Of a stretch of DNA of 64,000 nt, positions 1 through 15,800 are shown one piece after another; position 1 is the stretch's first letter, and each line of letters begins with the position of its first letter. Under the pieces are notes generated by a model, which did not search any database, was not told where the DNA came from, and was given only the letters and a program-made list of their open reading frames with translations. Origin of the DNA: Perkinsela sp. CCAP 1560/9 (taxonomy: Eukaryota > Protista > Euglenozoa: Kinetoplastea); assembly GCA_965644495.1 (NCBI GenBank), contig CBFFSA010000001.1, forward strand, positions 2,232,001-2,296,000, read 5' to 3'. A program made the translations under genes and the position numbers.

Positions 1-822
1 AAGACTCTCTAACATGTCAGTGAGTTCTACTTTAGATGAGGCAAATAAGACTATATCATCGGCGTAGTCGATATCCGAGATACGCAAATGTTTCTCACCA
101 CGGCTTTTCGATCCTGTAGAATATGTTATTAAACCAGACCCTTTAGTATCGAGCGCTTCTGCCAATATCCGATCGAGTACCATGATAAACAGATAGGGTG
201 CGAGAAAGTCTCCTTGCAGAGTACCATTGGGTCATTATGGTAACACCGTAACTCCGCATGAATGCCACGGCCTGGTGTAGACGATAACTGCGACGTAGAG
301 CAAATGCGTCCGCGGACTTGCATTTCAATGTGTCCACATTTAGGGTGCTCACCACAAACCCCCCTCTCATAGCTTGAATCTTCGGTCTCTGCTCTCGGGC
401 GCCACGCCGAAAACAGGTTTTGCGCTTCCGATTGCGTCCGTGTAATGATTTTGGGAGTATTCCAACCCTGCCGCCCAGCACATGGACACGTTCATCTCTC
501 GGTGGAAACGGGAGGAGCCGTCCATTCATCAAGTCGTACTTAACAAGCCAATTAGACCCGCCAAGCGAAGAATGAACAACCCCTTCCCAAAGTGTAATGC
601 GTTTGCGGTAGGCCATGCGCCAAACAACGGCCACACGTTTTCCAACTCCAAAAACCTTCGACATCTGCAAACGGGCCTGCTGCCGGAGTTTTATTACACC
701 ACCCCTCTGCTTTGGTTGCAAAAAGAGGTTGCCCCGACCACACCTGGCCGTTAGGAGTTTGTCACGAACTTCCAACAAACCATCGAACGGTCCGGAGGCC
801 TCCGCCATTTTGTATCAACGTA
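1..822 (-). mobile_element. Internally deleted copy of the APE-RT-RNase H LINE: 5' end and APE start fused to the RT core; runs off the window start
   Basis: 229-822 is nearly identical to 50362-50955, and 1-229 is nearly identical to about 47496-47724 (LQGDFLAPYLF and YADD RT motifs). Junction ACCATTG/GGTCATTATGG at about 229. Confidence 0.93.
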
Positions 823-3800
823 TTAATACAAAAAGTGATCTCAATACAAAAAGTGATCTTAATACAAAAAGTGATCTTAATACAAAAAGTGATCTTAATA
901 CAAAAAGTGATCTTAATACAAAAAGTGATCTTAATACAAAAAGTGATCTTAATACAAAAAGTGATCTTAATACAAAAAGTGATCTTAATACAAAAAGTCA
1001 TCTTAATACAAAACGTGATCTTAATACCAAAAGTGATCTTAATACAAAAAGTGATCTTAATACAAAAAGTGATCTTAATACAAAAAGTGATCTTAATACA
1101 AAAAGTGATCTTAATACAAAAAGTGGTCTTAATACAAAAAGTGATCTTAATACAAAAAGTGATCTTAATACAAAAAGTGATCTTAATACAAAAAGTGATC
1201 TTAATACAAAAAGTGATCTTAATACAAAAAGTGATCTTAATACAAAAAGTGATCTTAATACAAAAAGTGATCTTAATACAAAAAGTGATCTTAATACAAA
1301 AAGTGATCTTAATACAAAAAGTGATCTTAATACAAAAAGTGATCTTAATACAAAAAGTGATCTTAATACAAAAAGTGATCTTAATACCAAAAGTGATCTT
1401 AATACAAAAAGTGATCTTAATACAAAAAGTGATCTTAATACAAAAAGTGATCTTAATACAAAAAGTGATCTTAATACAAAAAGTGATCTTAATACAAAAA
1501 GTGATCTTAATACCAAAAGTGATCTTAATACAAAAAGTGATCTTAATACAAAAAGTGATCTTAATACAAAAAGTGATCTTAATACAAAAAGTGATCTTAA
1601 TACAAAAAGTGATCTTAATACAAAAAGTGATCTTAATACAAAAAGTGATCTTAATACAAAAAGTGATCTTAATACCAAAAGTGATCTTAATACAAAAAGT
1701 GATCTTAATACAAAAAGTGATCTTAATACAAAAAGTGATCTTAATACAAAAAGTGATCTTAATACAAAAAGTGATCTTAATACAAAAAGTGATCTTAATA
1801 CAAAAAGTGATCTTAATACAAAAAGTGATCTTAATACAAAAAGTGATCTTAATACAAAAAGTGATCTTAATACAAAAAGTGATCTTAATACAAAAAGTGA
1901 TCTTAATACAAAAAGTGATCTTAATACAAAAAGTGGTCTTAATACAAAAAGTGATCTTAATACAAAAAGTGATCTTAATACAAAAAGTGATCTTAATACA
2001 AAAAGTGATCTTAATACAAAAAGTGATCTTAATACAAAAAGTGATCTTAATACAAAAAGTGATCTTAATACAAAAAGTGATCTTAATACAAAAAGTGATC
2101 TTAATACAAAAAGTGATCTTAATACAAAAAGTGATCTTAATACAAAAAGTGATCTTAATACAAAAAGTGATCTTAATACAAAAAGTGATCTTAATACCAA
2201 AAGTGATCTTAATACAAAAAGTGATCTTAATACAAAAAGTGATCTTAATACAAAAAGTGTTCTTAATACTAAAAGTGATCTTAATACAAAAAGTGATCTT
2301 AATACAAAAAGTGATCTTAATACAAAAAGTGATCTTAATACAAAAAGTGATCTTAATACAAAAAGTGATCTTAATACAAAAAGTGATCTTAATACAAAAA
2401 GTGATCTTAATACAAAAAGTGATCTTAATACAAAAAGTGATCTTAATACAAAAAGTGATCTTAATACAAAAAGTGATCTTAATACAAAAAGTGATCTTAA
2501 TACAAAAAGTGATCTTAATACAAAAAGTGATCTTAATACAAAAAGTGATCTTAATACAAAAAGTGATCTTAATACAAAAAGTGATCTTAATACCAAAAGT
2601 GATCTTAATGCAAAAAGTGTTCTTAATACAAAAAGTGATCTTAATATAAAAAGTGATCTTAATACAAAAAGTGATCTTAATACAAAAAGTGATCTTAATA
2701 CAAAAAGTGGTCTTAATACAAAAAGTGATCTTAATACAAAAAGTGATCATAATACAAAAAGTGATCTTAATACAAAAAGTGTTCTTAATACTAAAAGTGA
2801 TCTTAATACAAAAAGTGATCTTAATACAAAAAGTGATCTTAATACAAAAAGTGATCTTAAGACAAAAAGTGATCTTAATACAAAAAGTGATCTTAATACA
2901 AAAAGTGATCTTAATACAAAAAGTGATCATAATACAAAAAGTGATCTTAATACAAAAAGTGATCTTAATACAAAAAGTGATCTCAATACAAAAAGTGATC
3001 TTAATACAAAAAGTGATCTTAATACAAAAAGTGATCTTAATACAAAAAGTGATCTTAATACAAAAAGTGATCTTAATACAAAAAGTGATCTTAATACAAA
3101 AAGTGATCTTAATACCAAAAGTGATCTTAATACAAAAAGTGATCTTAATACAAAAAGTGATCTTAATACAAAAAGTGATCTTAATACAAAAAGTGATCTT
3201 AATACAAAAAGTGATCTTAATACAAAAAGTGGTCTTAATACAAAAAGTGATCTTAATACAAAAAGTGATCTTAATACAAAAAGTGATCTTAATACAAAAA
3301 GTGATCTTAATACAAAAAGTGGTCTTAATACAAAAAGTGATCTTAATACAAAAAGTGATCTTAATACAAAAAGTCATCTTAATACAAAAAGTGATCTTAA
3401 TACAAAAAGTGATCTTAATACAAAAAGTGATCTTAATACAAAAAGTGATCTTAATACAAAAAGTGATCTTAATACAAAAAGTGATCTTAATACAAAAAGT
3501 GATCTTAATACAAAAAGTGATCTTAATACAAAAAGTGATCTTAATACAAAAAGTGATCTTAATACAAAAAGTGATCTTAATACAAAAAGTGATCTTAATA
3601 CAAAAAGTGGTCTTAATACAAAAAGTGGTCTTAATACAAAAAGTGATCTTAATACAAAAAGTGATCTTAATACAAAAAGTGATCTTAATACAAAAAGTGA
3701 TCTTAATACAAAAAGTGATCTTAATACAAAAAGTGATCTTAATACAAAAAGTGATCTTAATACAAAAAGTGATCTTAATACAAAAAGTGATCTTAATACA

Positions 3801-6800
3801 AAAAGTGATCTTAATACAAAAAGTGATCTTAATACCAAAAGTGATCTTAATACAAAAAGTGATCTTAATACCAAAAGTGATCTTAATACAAAAAGTGATC
3901 TTAATACAAAAAGTGATCTTAATACAAAAAGTGATCTTAATACAAAAAGTGATCTTAATACAAAAAGTGATCTTAATACCAAAAGTGATCTTAATGCAAA
4001 AAGTGTTCTTAATACAAAAAGTGATCTTAATATAAAAAGTGATCTTAATACAAAAAGTGATCTTAATACAAAAAGTGATCTTAATACAAAAAGTGGTCTT
4101 AATACAAAAAGTGATCTTAATACAAAAAGTGATCTTAATACAAAAAGTGATCTTAATACAAAAAGTGATCTTAATACAAAAAGTGATCTTAATACCAAAA
4201 GTGATCTTAATACAAAAAGTGATCTTAATACCAAAAGTGATCTTAATACAAAAAGTGATCTTAATACAAAAAGTGATCTTAATACAAAAAGTGATCTTAA
4301 TACAAAAAGTGATCCTAATACAAAAAGTGATCTTAATACAAAAAGTGATCTTAATACAAAAAGTGATCTTAATACAAAAAGTGATCTTAATACAAAAAGT
4401 GATCTTAATACAAAAAGTGATCTTAATACAAAAAGTGATCTTAATACAAAAAGTGATCTTAATACAAAAAGTGATCTTAATACAAAAAGTGATCTTAATA
4501 CAAAAAGTGATCTTAATACAAAAAGTGATCTTAATACAAAAAGTGATCTTAATACAAAAAGTGATCTTAGTACAAAAAGTGATCTTAATACAAAAAGTGA
4601 TCTTAATACAAAAAGTGATCTTAATACAAAAAGTGATCTTAATACAAAAAGTGATCTTAATACAAAAAGTTATCTTAATACCAAAAGTGATCTTAATACA
4701 AAAAGTGATCTTAATACAAAAAGTGATCTTAAGACAAAAAGTGATCTTAATACAAAAAGTGATCTTAATACAAAAAGTGATCTTAATACAAAAAGTGATC
4801 ATAATACAAAAAGTGATCTTAATACAAAAAGTGTTCTTAATACTAAAAGTGATCTTAATACAAAAAGTGATCTTAATACAAAAAGTGATCTTAATACAAA
4901 AAGTGATCTTAATACAAAAAGTGATCTTAATACAAAAAGTGATCTTAATACAAAAAGTGATCTTAATACAAAAAGTGATCTTAATACAAAAAGTGATCTT
5001 AATGCAAAAAGTGTTCTTAATACAAAAAGTGATCTTAATACAAAAAGTGATCTTAATACAAAAAGTGATCTTAATACAAAAAGTGATCTTAATACAAAAA
5101 GTGATCTTAATACAAAAAGTGATCTTAATACAAAAAGTGGTCTTAATACAAAAAAGTGATCTTAATACAAAAAGTGATCTTAATACAAAAAGTGATCTTA
5201 ATACAAAAAGTGATCTTAATACAAAAAGTGATCTTAATACAAAAAGTGATCTTAATACAAAAAGTGATCTTAATACAAAAAGTGATCTTAATACAAAAAG
5301 TGATCTTAATACAAAAAGTGATCTTAATACAAAAAGTGATCTTAATACAAAAAGTGATCTTAATACAAAAAGTGATCTTAATACCAAAAGTGATCTTAAT
5401 ACAAAAAGTGATCTTAATACCAAAAGTGATCTTAATACAAAAAGTGATCTTAATACAAAAAGTGATCTTAATACAAAAAGTGATCTTAATACAAAAAGTG
5501 ATCCTAATACAAAAAGTGATCTTAATACAAAAAGTGATCTTAATACAAAAAGTGATCTTAATACAAAAAGTGATCTTAATACAAAAAGTGATCTTAATAC
5601 AAAAAGTGATCTTAATACAAAAAGTGATCTTAATACAAAAAGTGATCTTAATACAAAAAGTGATCTTAATACAAAAAGTGATCTTAATACAAAAAGTGAT
5701 CTTAATACAAAAAGTGATCTTAATACAAAAAGTGATCTTAGTACAAAAAGTGATCTTAATACAAAAAGTGATCTTAATACAAAAAGTGATCTTAATACAA
5801 AAAGTGATCTTAATACCAAAAGTGATCTTAATGCAAAAAGTGATCTTAATACAAAAAGTGATCTTAATACAAAAAGTGATCTTAATACAAAAAGTGATCT
5901 TAATACAAAAAGTGATCTTAATACAAAAAGTGATCTTAATACAAAAAGTGATCTTAATACAAAAAGTGATCTTAATACAAAAAGTGATCTTAATACCAAA
6001 AGTGATCTTAATGCAAAAAGTGTTCTTAATACAAAAAGTGATCTTAATATAAAAAGTGATCTTAATACAAAAAGTGATCTTAATACAAAAAGTGATCTTA
6101 ATACAAAAAGTGGTCTTAATACAAAAAGTGATCTTAATACAAAAAGTGATCATAATACAAAAAGTGATCTTAATACAAAAAGTGTTCTTAATACTAAAAG
6201 TGATCTTAATACAAAAAGTGATCTTAATACAAAAAGTGATCTTAATACAAAAAGTGATCTTAAGACAAAAAGTGATCTTAATACAAAAAGTGATCTTAAT
6301 ACAAAAAGTGATCTTAATACAAAAAGTGATCATAATACAAAAAGTGATCTTAATACAAAAAGTGTTCTTAATACTAAAAGTGATCTTAATACAAAAAGTG
6401 ATCTTAATACAAAAAGTGATCTTAATACAAAAAGTGATCTTAATACAAAAAGTGATCTTAATACAAAAAGTGATCTTAATACAAAAAGTGATCTTAATAC
6501 AAAAAGTGATCTTAATACAAAAAGTGATCTTAATGCAAAAAGTGTTCTTAATACAAAAAGTGATCTTAATACAAAAAGTGATCTTAATACAAAAAGTGAT
6601 CTTAATACAAAAAGTGATCTTAATACAAAAAGTGATCTTAATACAAAAAGTGATCTTAATACAAAAAGTGGTCTTAATACAAAAAAGTGATCTTAATACA
6701 AAAAGTGATCTTAATACAAAAAGTGATCTTAATACAAAAAGTGATCTTAATACAAAAAGTGATCTTAATACAAAAAGTGATCTTAATACAAAAAGTGATC

Positions 6801-9800
6801 TTAATACAAAAAGTGATCTTAATACAAAAAGTGATCTTAATACCAAAAGTGATCTTAATGCAAAAAGTGTTCTTAATACAAAAAGTGATCTTAATATAAA
6901 AAGTGATCTTAATACAAAAAGTGATCTTAATACAAAAAGTGATCTTAATACAAAAAGTTATCTTAATACCAAAAGTGATCTTAATACAAAAAGTGATCTT
7001 AATACAAAAAGTGATCTTAAGACAAAAAGTGATCTTAATACAAAAAGTGATCTTAATACAAAAAGTGATCTTAATACAAAAAGTGATCATAATACAAAAA
7101 GTGATCTTAATACAAAAAGTGTTCTTAATACTAAAAGTGATCTTAATACAAAAAGTGATCTTAATACAAAAAGTGATCTTAATACAAAAAGTGATCTTAA
7201 TACAAAAAGTGATCTTAATACAAAAAGTGATCTTAATACAAAAAGTGATCTTAATACAAAAAGTGATCTTAATACAAAAAGTGATCTTAATGCAAAAAGT
7301 GTTCTTAATACAAAAAGTGATCTTAATACAAAAAGTGATCTTAATACAAAAAGTGATCTTAATACAAAAAGTGATCTTAATACAAAAAGTGATCTTAATA
7401 CAAAAAGTGATCTTAATACAAAAAGTGGTCTTAATACAAAAAAGTGATCTTAATACAAAAAGTGATCTTAATACAAAAAGTGATCTTAATACAAAAAGTG
7501 ATCTTAATACAAAAAGTGATCTTAATACAAAAAGTGATCTTAATACAAAAAGTGATCTTAATACAAAAAGTGATCTTAATACAAAAAGTGATCTTAATAC
7601 AAAAAGTGATCTTAATACAAAAAGTGATCTTAATACAAAAAGTGATCTTAATACAAAAAGTGATCTTAATACCAAAAGTGATCTTAATACAAAAAGTGAT
7701 CTTAATACCAAAAGTGATCTTAATACAAAAAGTGATCTTAATACAAAAAGTGATCTTAATACAAAAAGTGATCTTAATACAAAAAGTGATCCTAATACAA
7801 AAAGTGATCTTAATACAAAAAGTGATCTTAATACAAAAAGTGATCTTAATACAAAAAGTGATCTTAATACAAAAAGTGATCTTAATACAAAAAGTGATCT
7901 TAATACAAAAAGTGATCTTAATACAAAAAGTGATCTTAATACAAAAAGTGATCTTAATACAAAAAGTGATCTTAATACAAAAAGTGATCTTAATACAAAA
8001 AGTGATCTTAATACAAAAAGTGATCTTAGTACAAAAAGTGATCTTAATACAAAAAGTGATCTTAATACAAAAAGTGATCTTAATACAAAAAGTGATCTTA
8101 ATACCAAAAGTGATCTTAATGCAAAAAGTGATCTTAATACAAAAAGTGATCTTAATACAAAAAGTGATCTTAATACAAAAAGTGATCTTAATACAAAAAG
8201 TGATCTTAATACAAAAAGTGATCTTAATACAAAAAGTGATCTTAATACAAAAAGTGATCTTAATACAAAAAGTGATCTTAATACAAAAAGTGATCTTAAT
8301 ACCAAAAGTGATCTTAATGCAAAAAGTGTTCTTAATACAAAAAGTGATCTTAATATAAAAAGTGATCTTAATACAAAAAGTGATCTTAATACAAAAAGTG
8401 ATCTTAATACAAAAAGTGGTCTTAATACAAAAAGTGATCTTAATACAAAAAGTGATCATAATACAAAAAGTGATCTTAATACAAAAAGTGTTCTTAATAC
8501 TAAAAGTGATCTTAATACAAAAAGTGATCTTAATACAAAAAGTGATCTTAATACAAAAAGTGATCTTAAGACAAAAAGTGATCTTAATACAAAAAGTGAT
8601 CTTAATACAAAAAGTGATCTTAATACAAAAAGTGATCATAATACAAAAAGTGATCTTAATACAAAAAGTGTTCTTAATACTAAAAGTGATCTTAATACAA
8701 AAAGTGATCTTAATACAAAAAGTGATCTTAATACAAAAAGTGATCTTAATACAAAAAGTGATCTTAATACAAAAAGTGATCTTAATACAAAAAGTGATCT
8801 TAATACAAAAAGTGATCTTAATACAAAAAGTGATCTTAATGCAAAAAGTGTTCTTAATACAAAAAGTGATCTTAATACAAAAAGTGATCTTAATACAAAA
8901 AGTGATCTTAATACAAAAAGTGATCTTAATACAAAAAGTGATCTTAATACAAAAAGTGATCTTAATACAAAAAGTGGTCTTAATACAAAAAAGTGATCTT
9001 AATACAAAAAGTGATCTTAATACAAAAAGTGATCTTAATACAAAAAGTGATCTTAATACAAAAAGTGATCTTAATACAAAAAGTGATCTTAATACAAAAA
9101 GTGATCTTAATACAAAAAGTGATCTTAATACAAAAAGTGATCTTAATACCAAAAGTGATCTTAATGCAAAAAGTGTTCTTAATACAAAAAGTGATCTTAA
9201 TATAAAAAGTGATCTTAATACAAAAAGTGATCTTAATACAAAAAGTGATCTTAATACAAAAAGTGGTCTTAATACAAAAAGTGATCTTAATACAAAAAGT
9301 GATCTTAATACAAAAAGTGATCTTAATACAAAAAGTGATCTTAATACAAAAAGTGATCTTAATACAAAAAGTGATCTTAATACAAAAAGTGACCTTAATA
9401 CAAAAGGTGATCTTAATACAAAAAGTGATATTAATACAAAAAGTGATCTTAATACCAAAAGTGATCTTAATACAAAAAGTGATCTTAATACCAAAAGTGA
9501 TCTTAATGCAAAAAGTGATCTTAATACAAAAAGTGATCTTAATACAAAAAGTGATCTTAATACAAAAAGTGATCTTAATACAAAAAGTGATCTTAATACA
9601 AAAAGTGATCTTAATACAAAAAGTGATCTTAATACAAAAAGTGATCTTAATACAAAAAGTGATCTTAATACAAAAAGTGATCTTAATGCAAAAAGTGTTC
9701 TTAATACAAAAAGTGATCTTAATACAAAAAGTGATCTTAATACAAAAAGTGATCTTAATACAAAAAGTGATCTTAATACAAAAAGTGGTCTTAATACAAA

Positions 9801-12800
9801 AAGTGATCTTAATACAAAAAGTGATCTTAATACAAAAAGTGATCTTAATACAAAAAGTGATCTTAATACAAAAAGTGATCTTAATACAAAAAGTGATCTT
9901 AATACAAAAAGTGATCTTAATACAAAAAGTGATCTTAATACAAAAAGTGATCTTAATACAAAAAGTGATCTTAATACAAAAAGTGATCTTAATACAAAAA
10001 GTGATCTTAATACAAAAAGTGATCTTAATACAAAAAGTGATCTTAATACAAAAAGTGATCTTAGTACAAAAAGTGATCTTAATACAAAAAGTGATCTTAA
10101 TACAAAAAGTGATCTTAATACAAAAAGTGATCTTAATACCAAAAGTGATCTTAATGCAAAAAGTGATCTTAATACAAAAAGTGATCTTAATACAAAAAGT
10201 GATCTTAATACAAAAAGTGATCTTAATACAAAAAGTGATCTTAATACAAAAAGTGATCTTAATACAAAAAGTGATCTTAATACAAAAAGTGATCTTAATA
10301 CAAAAAGTGATCTTAATACAAAAAGTGATCTTAATACCAAAAGTGATCTTAATGCAAAAAGTGTTCTTAATACAAAAAGTGATCTTAATATAAAAAGTGA
10401 TCTTAATACAAAAAGTGATCTTAATACAAAAAGTGATCTTAATACAAAAAGTGGTCTTAATACAAAAAGTGATCTTAATACAAAAAGTGATCTTAATACA
10501 AAAAGTGATCTTAATACAAAAAGTGATCTTAATACAAAAAGTGATCTTAATACAAAAAGTGATCTTAATACAAAAAGTGACCTTAATACAAAAGGTGATC
10601 TTAATACAAAAAGTGATATTAATACAAAAAGTGATCTTAATACCAAAAGTGATCTTAATACAAAAAGTGATCTTAATACCAAAAGTGATCTTAATGCAAA
10701 AAGTGATCTTAATACAAAAAGTGATCTTAATACAAAAAGTGATCTTAATACAAAAAGTGATCTTAATACAAAAAGTGATCTTAATACAAAAAGTGATCTT
10801 AATACAAAAAGTGATCTTAATACAAAAAGTGATCTTAATACAAAAAGTGATCTTAATACAAAAAGTGATCTTAATGCAAAAAGTGTTCTTAATACAAAAA
10901 GTGATCTTAATACAAAAAGTGATCTTAATACAAAAAGTGATCTTAATACAAAAAGTGATCTTAATACAAAAAGTGGTCTTAATACAAAAAGTGATCTTAA
11001 TACAAAAAGTGATCTTAATACAAAAAGTGATCTTAATACAAAAAGTGATCTTAATACAAAAAGTGATCTTAATACAAAAAGTGATCTTAATACAAAAAGT
11101 GATCTTAATACAAAAAGTGATCTTAATACAAAAAGTGATCTTAATACAAAAAGTGATCTTAATACAAAAAGTGATCTTAATACAAAAAGTGATCTTAGTA
11201 CAAAAAGTGATCTTAATACAAAAAGTGATCTTAATACAAAAAGTGATCTTAATACAAAAAGTGATCTTAATACCAAAAGTGATCTTAATGCAAAAAGTGA
11301 TCTTAATACAAAAAGTGATCTTAATACAAAAAGTGATCTTAATACAAAAAGTGATCTTAATACAAAAAGTGATCTTAATACAAAAAGTGATCTTAATACA
11401 AAAAGTGATCTTAATACAAAAAGTGATCTTAATACAAAAAGTGATCTTAATACAAAAAGTGATCTTAATACCAAAAGTGATCTTAATGCAAAAAGTGTTC
11501 TTAATACAAAAAGTGATCTTAATATAAAAAGTGATCTTAATACAAAAAGTGATCTTAATACAAAAAGTGATCTTAATACAAAAAGTGGTCTTAATACAAA
11601 AAGTGATCTTAATACAAAAAGTGATCATAATACAAAAAGTGATCTTAATACAAAAAGTGTTCTTAATACTAAAAGTGATCTTAATACAAAAAGTGATCTT
11701 AATACAAAAAGTGATCTTAATACAAAAAGTGATCTTAAGACAAAAAGTGATCTTAATACAAAAAGTGATCTTAATACAAAAAGTGATCTTAATACAAAAA
11801 GTGATCTTAATACCAAAAGTGATCTTAATGCAAAAAGTGATCTTAATACAAAAAGTGATCTTAATACAAAAAGTGATCTTAATACAAAAAGTGATCTTAA
11901 TACAAAAAGTGATCTTAATACAAAAAGTGATCTTAATACAAAAAGTGATCTTAATACAAAAAGTGATCTTAATACAAAAAGTGTTCTTAATACAAAAAGT
12001 GATCTTAATACAAAAAGTGATCTTAATACAAAAAGTGATCTTAATACAAAAAGTGATCTTAATACAAAAAGTGATCTTAATACAAAAAGTGATCTTAATA
12101 CAAAAAGTGATCTTAATACAAAAAGTGATCTTAATACAAAAAGTGATCTTAATACAAAAAGTGATCTTAATACAAAAAGTGATCTTAATACAAAAAGTGA
12201 TCTTAGTACAAAAAGTGATCTTAATACAAAAAGTGATCTTAATACAAAAAGTGATCTTAATACAAAAAGTGATCTTAATACCAAAAGTTATCTTAATGCA
12301 AAAAGTGATCTTAATACAAAAAGTGATCTTAATACAAAAAGTGATCTTAATACAAAAAGTGATCTTAATACAAAAAGTGATCTTAATACAAAAAGTGATC
12401 TTAATACAAAAAGTGATCTTAATACAAAAAGTGATCTTAATACAAAAAGTGATCTTAATACAAAAAGTGATCTTAATACCAAAAGTGATCTTAATGCAAA
12501 AAGTGTTCTTAATACAAAAAGTGATCTTAATATAAAAAGTGATCTTAATACAAAAAGTGATCTTAATACAAAAAGTGATCTTAATACAAAAAGTGGTCTT
12601 AATACAAAAAGTGATCTTAATACAAAAAGTGATCATAATACAAAAAGTGATCTTAATACAAAAAGTGTTCTTAATACTAAAAGTGATCTTAATACAAAAA
12701 GTGATCTTAATACAAAAAGTGATCTTAATACAAAAAGTGATCTTAAGACAAAAAGTGATCTTAATACAAAAAGTGATCTTAATACAAAAAGTGATCTTAA

Positions 12801-15800
12801 TACAAAAAGTGATCATAATACAAAAAGTGATCTTAATACAAAAAGTGTTCTTAATACTAAAAGTGATCTTAATACAAAAAGTGATCTTAATACAAAAAGT
12901 GATCTTAATACAAAAAGTGATCTTAATACAAAAAGTGATCTTAATACAAAAAGTGATCTTAATACAAAAAGTGATCTTAATACAAAAAGTGATCTTAATA
13001 CAAAAAGTGATCTTAATGCAAAAAGTGTTCTTAATACAAAAAGTGATCTTAATACAAAAAGTGATCTTAATACAAAAAGTGATCTTAATACAAAAAGTGA
13101 TCTTAATACAAAAAGTGATCTTAATACAAAAAGTGGTCTTAATACAAAAAAGTGATCTTAATACAAAAAGTGATCTTAATACAAAAAGTGATCTTAATAT
13201 AAAAAGTGATCTTAATACAAAAAGTGATCTTAATACAAAAAGTGATCTTAATACAAAAAGTGGTCTTAATACAAAAAGTGATCTTAATACAAAAAGTGAT
13301 CATAATACAAAAAGTGATCTTAATACAAAAAGTGTTCTTAATACTAAAAGTGATCTTAATACAAAAAGTGATCTTAATACAAAAAGTGATCTTAATACAA
13401 AAAGTGATCTTAAGACAAAAAGTGATCTTAAGACAAAAAGTGATCTTAATACAAAAAGTGATCTTAATACAAAAAGTGATCTTAATACCAAAAGTGATCT
13501 TAATGCAAAAAGTGATCTTAATACAAAAAGTGATCTTAATACAAAAAGTGATCTTAATACAAAAAGTGATCTTAATACAAAAAGTGATCTTAATACAAAA
13601 AGTGATCTTAATACAAAAAGTGATCTTAATACAAAAAGTGATCTTAATACAAAAAGTGTTCTTAATACAAAAAGTGATCTTAATACAAAAAGTGATCTTA
13701 ATACAAAAAGTGATCTTAATACAAAAAGTGATCTTAATACAAAAAGTGATCTTAATACAAAAAGTGATCTTAATACAAAAAGTGATCTTAATACAAAAAG
13801 TGATCTTAATACAAAAAGTGATCTTAATACAAAAAGTGATCTTAATACAAAAAGTGATCTTAATACAAAAAGTGATCTTAGTACAAAAAGTGATCTTAAT
13901 ACAAAAAGTGATCTTAATACAAAAAGTGATCTTAATACAAAAAGTGATCTTAATACCAAAAGTGATCTTAATGCAAAAAGTGATCTTAATACAAAAAGTG
14001 ATCTTAATACAAAAAGTGATCTTAATACAAAAAGTGATCTTAATACAAAAAGTGATCTTAATACAAAAAGTGATCTTAATACAAAAAGTGATCTTAATAC
14101 AAAAAGTGATCTTAATACAAAAAGTGATCTTAATACAAAAAGTGATCTTAATACCAAAAGTGATCTTAATGCAAAAAGTGTTCTTAATACAAAAAGTGAT
14201 CTTAATATAAAAAGTGATCTTAATACAAAAAGTGATCTTAATACAAAAAGTGATCTTAATACAAAAAGTGGTCTTAATACAAAAAGTGATCTTAATACAA
14301 AAAGTGATCATAATACAAAAAGTGATCTTAATACAAAAAGTGTTCTTAATACTAAAAGTGATCTTAATACAAAAAGTGATCTTAATACAAAAAGTGATCT
14401 TAATACAAAAAGTGATCTTAAGACAAAAAGTGATCTTAATACAAAAAGTGATCTTAATACAAAAAGTGATCTTAATACAAAAAGTGATCATAATACAAAA
14501 AGTGATCTTAATACAAAAAGTGTTCTTAATACTAAAAGTGATCTTAATACAAAAAGTGATCTTAATACAAAAAGTGATCTTAATACAAAAAGTGATCTTA
14601 ATACAAAAAGTGATCTTAATACAAAAAGTGATCTTAATACAAAAAGTGATCTTAATACAAAAAGTGATCTTAATACAAAAAGTGATCTTAATGCAAAAAG
14701 TGTTCTTAATACAAAAAGTGATCTTAATACAAAAAGTGATCTTAATACAAAAAGTGATCTTAATACAAAAAGTGATCTTAATACAAAAAGTGATCTTAAT
14801 ACAAAAAGTGATCTTAATACAAAAAGTGGTCTTAATACAAAAAAGTGATCTTAATACAAAAAGTGATCTTAATACAAAAAGTGATCTTAATACAAAAAGT
14901 GATCTTAATACAAAAAGTGATCTTAATACAAAAAGTGATCTTAATACAAAAAGTGATCTTAATACAAAAAGTGATCTTAATACCAAAAGTGATCTTAATG
15001 CAAAAAGTGTTCTTAATACAAAAAGTGATCTTAATATAAAAAGTGATCTTAATACAAAAAGTGATCTTAATACAAAAAGTGATCTTAATACAAAAAGTGG
15101 TCTTAATACAAAAAGTGATCTTAATACAAAAAGTGATCTTAATACAAAAAGTGATCTTAATACAAAAAGTGATCTTAATACAAAAAGTGATCTTAATACA
15201 AAAAGTGATCTTAATACAAAAAGTGACCTTAATACAAAAGGTGATCTTAATACAAAAAGTGATATTAATACAAAAAGTGATCTTAATACCAAAAGTGATC
15301 TTAATACAAAAAGTGATCTTAATACCAAAAGTGATCTTAATGCAAAAAGTGATCTTAATACAAAAAGTGATCTTAATACAAAAAGTGATCTTAATACAAA
15401 AAGTGATCTTAATACAAAAAGTGATCTTAATACAAAAAGTGATCTTAATACAAAAAGTGATCTTAATACAAAAAGTGATCTTAATACAAAAAGTGATCTT
15501 AATACAAAAAGTGATCTTAATGCAAAAAGTGTTCTTAATACAAAAAGTGATCTTAATACAAAAAGTGATCTTAATACAAAAAGTGATCTTAATACAAAAA
15601 GTGATCTTAATACAAAAAGTGGTCTTAATACAAAAAGTGATCTTAATACAAAAAGTGATCTTAATACAAAAAGTGATCTTAATACAAAAAGTGATCTTAA
15701 TACAAAAAGTGATCTTAATACAAAAAGTGATCTTAATACAAAAAGTGATCTTAATACAAAAAGTGATCTTAATACAAAAAGTGATCTTAATACAAAAAGT

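Noticed and set aside
802-812. YY1 site (CAAAATGGCGG) as in mammalian L1 promoters
   Set aside because: The match is real but overlaps the start codon, and there is no evidence for a YY1 factor in this probable protist host.
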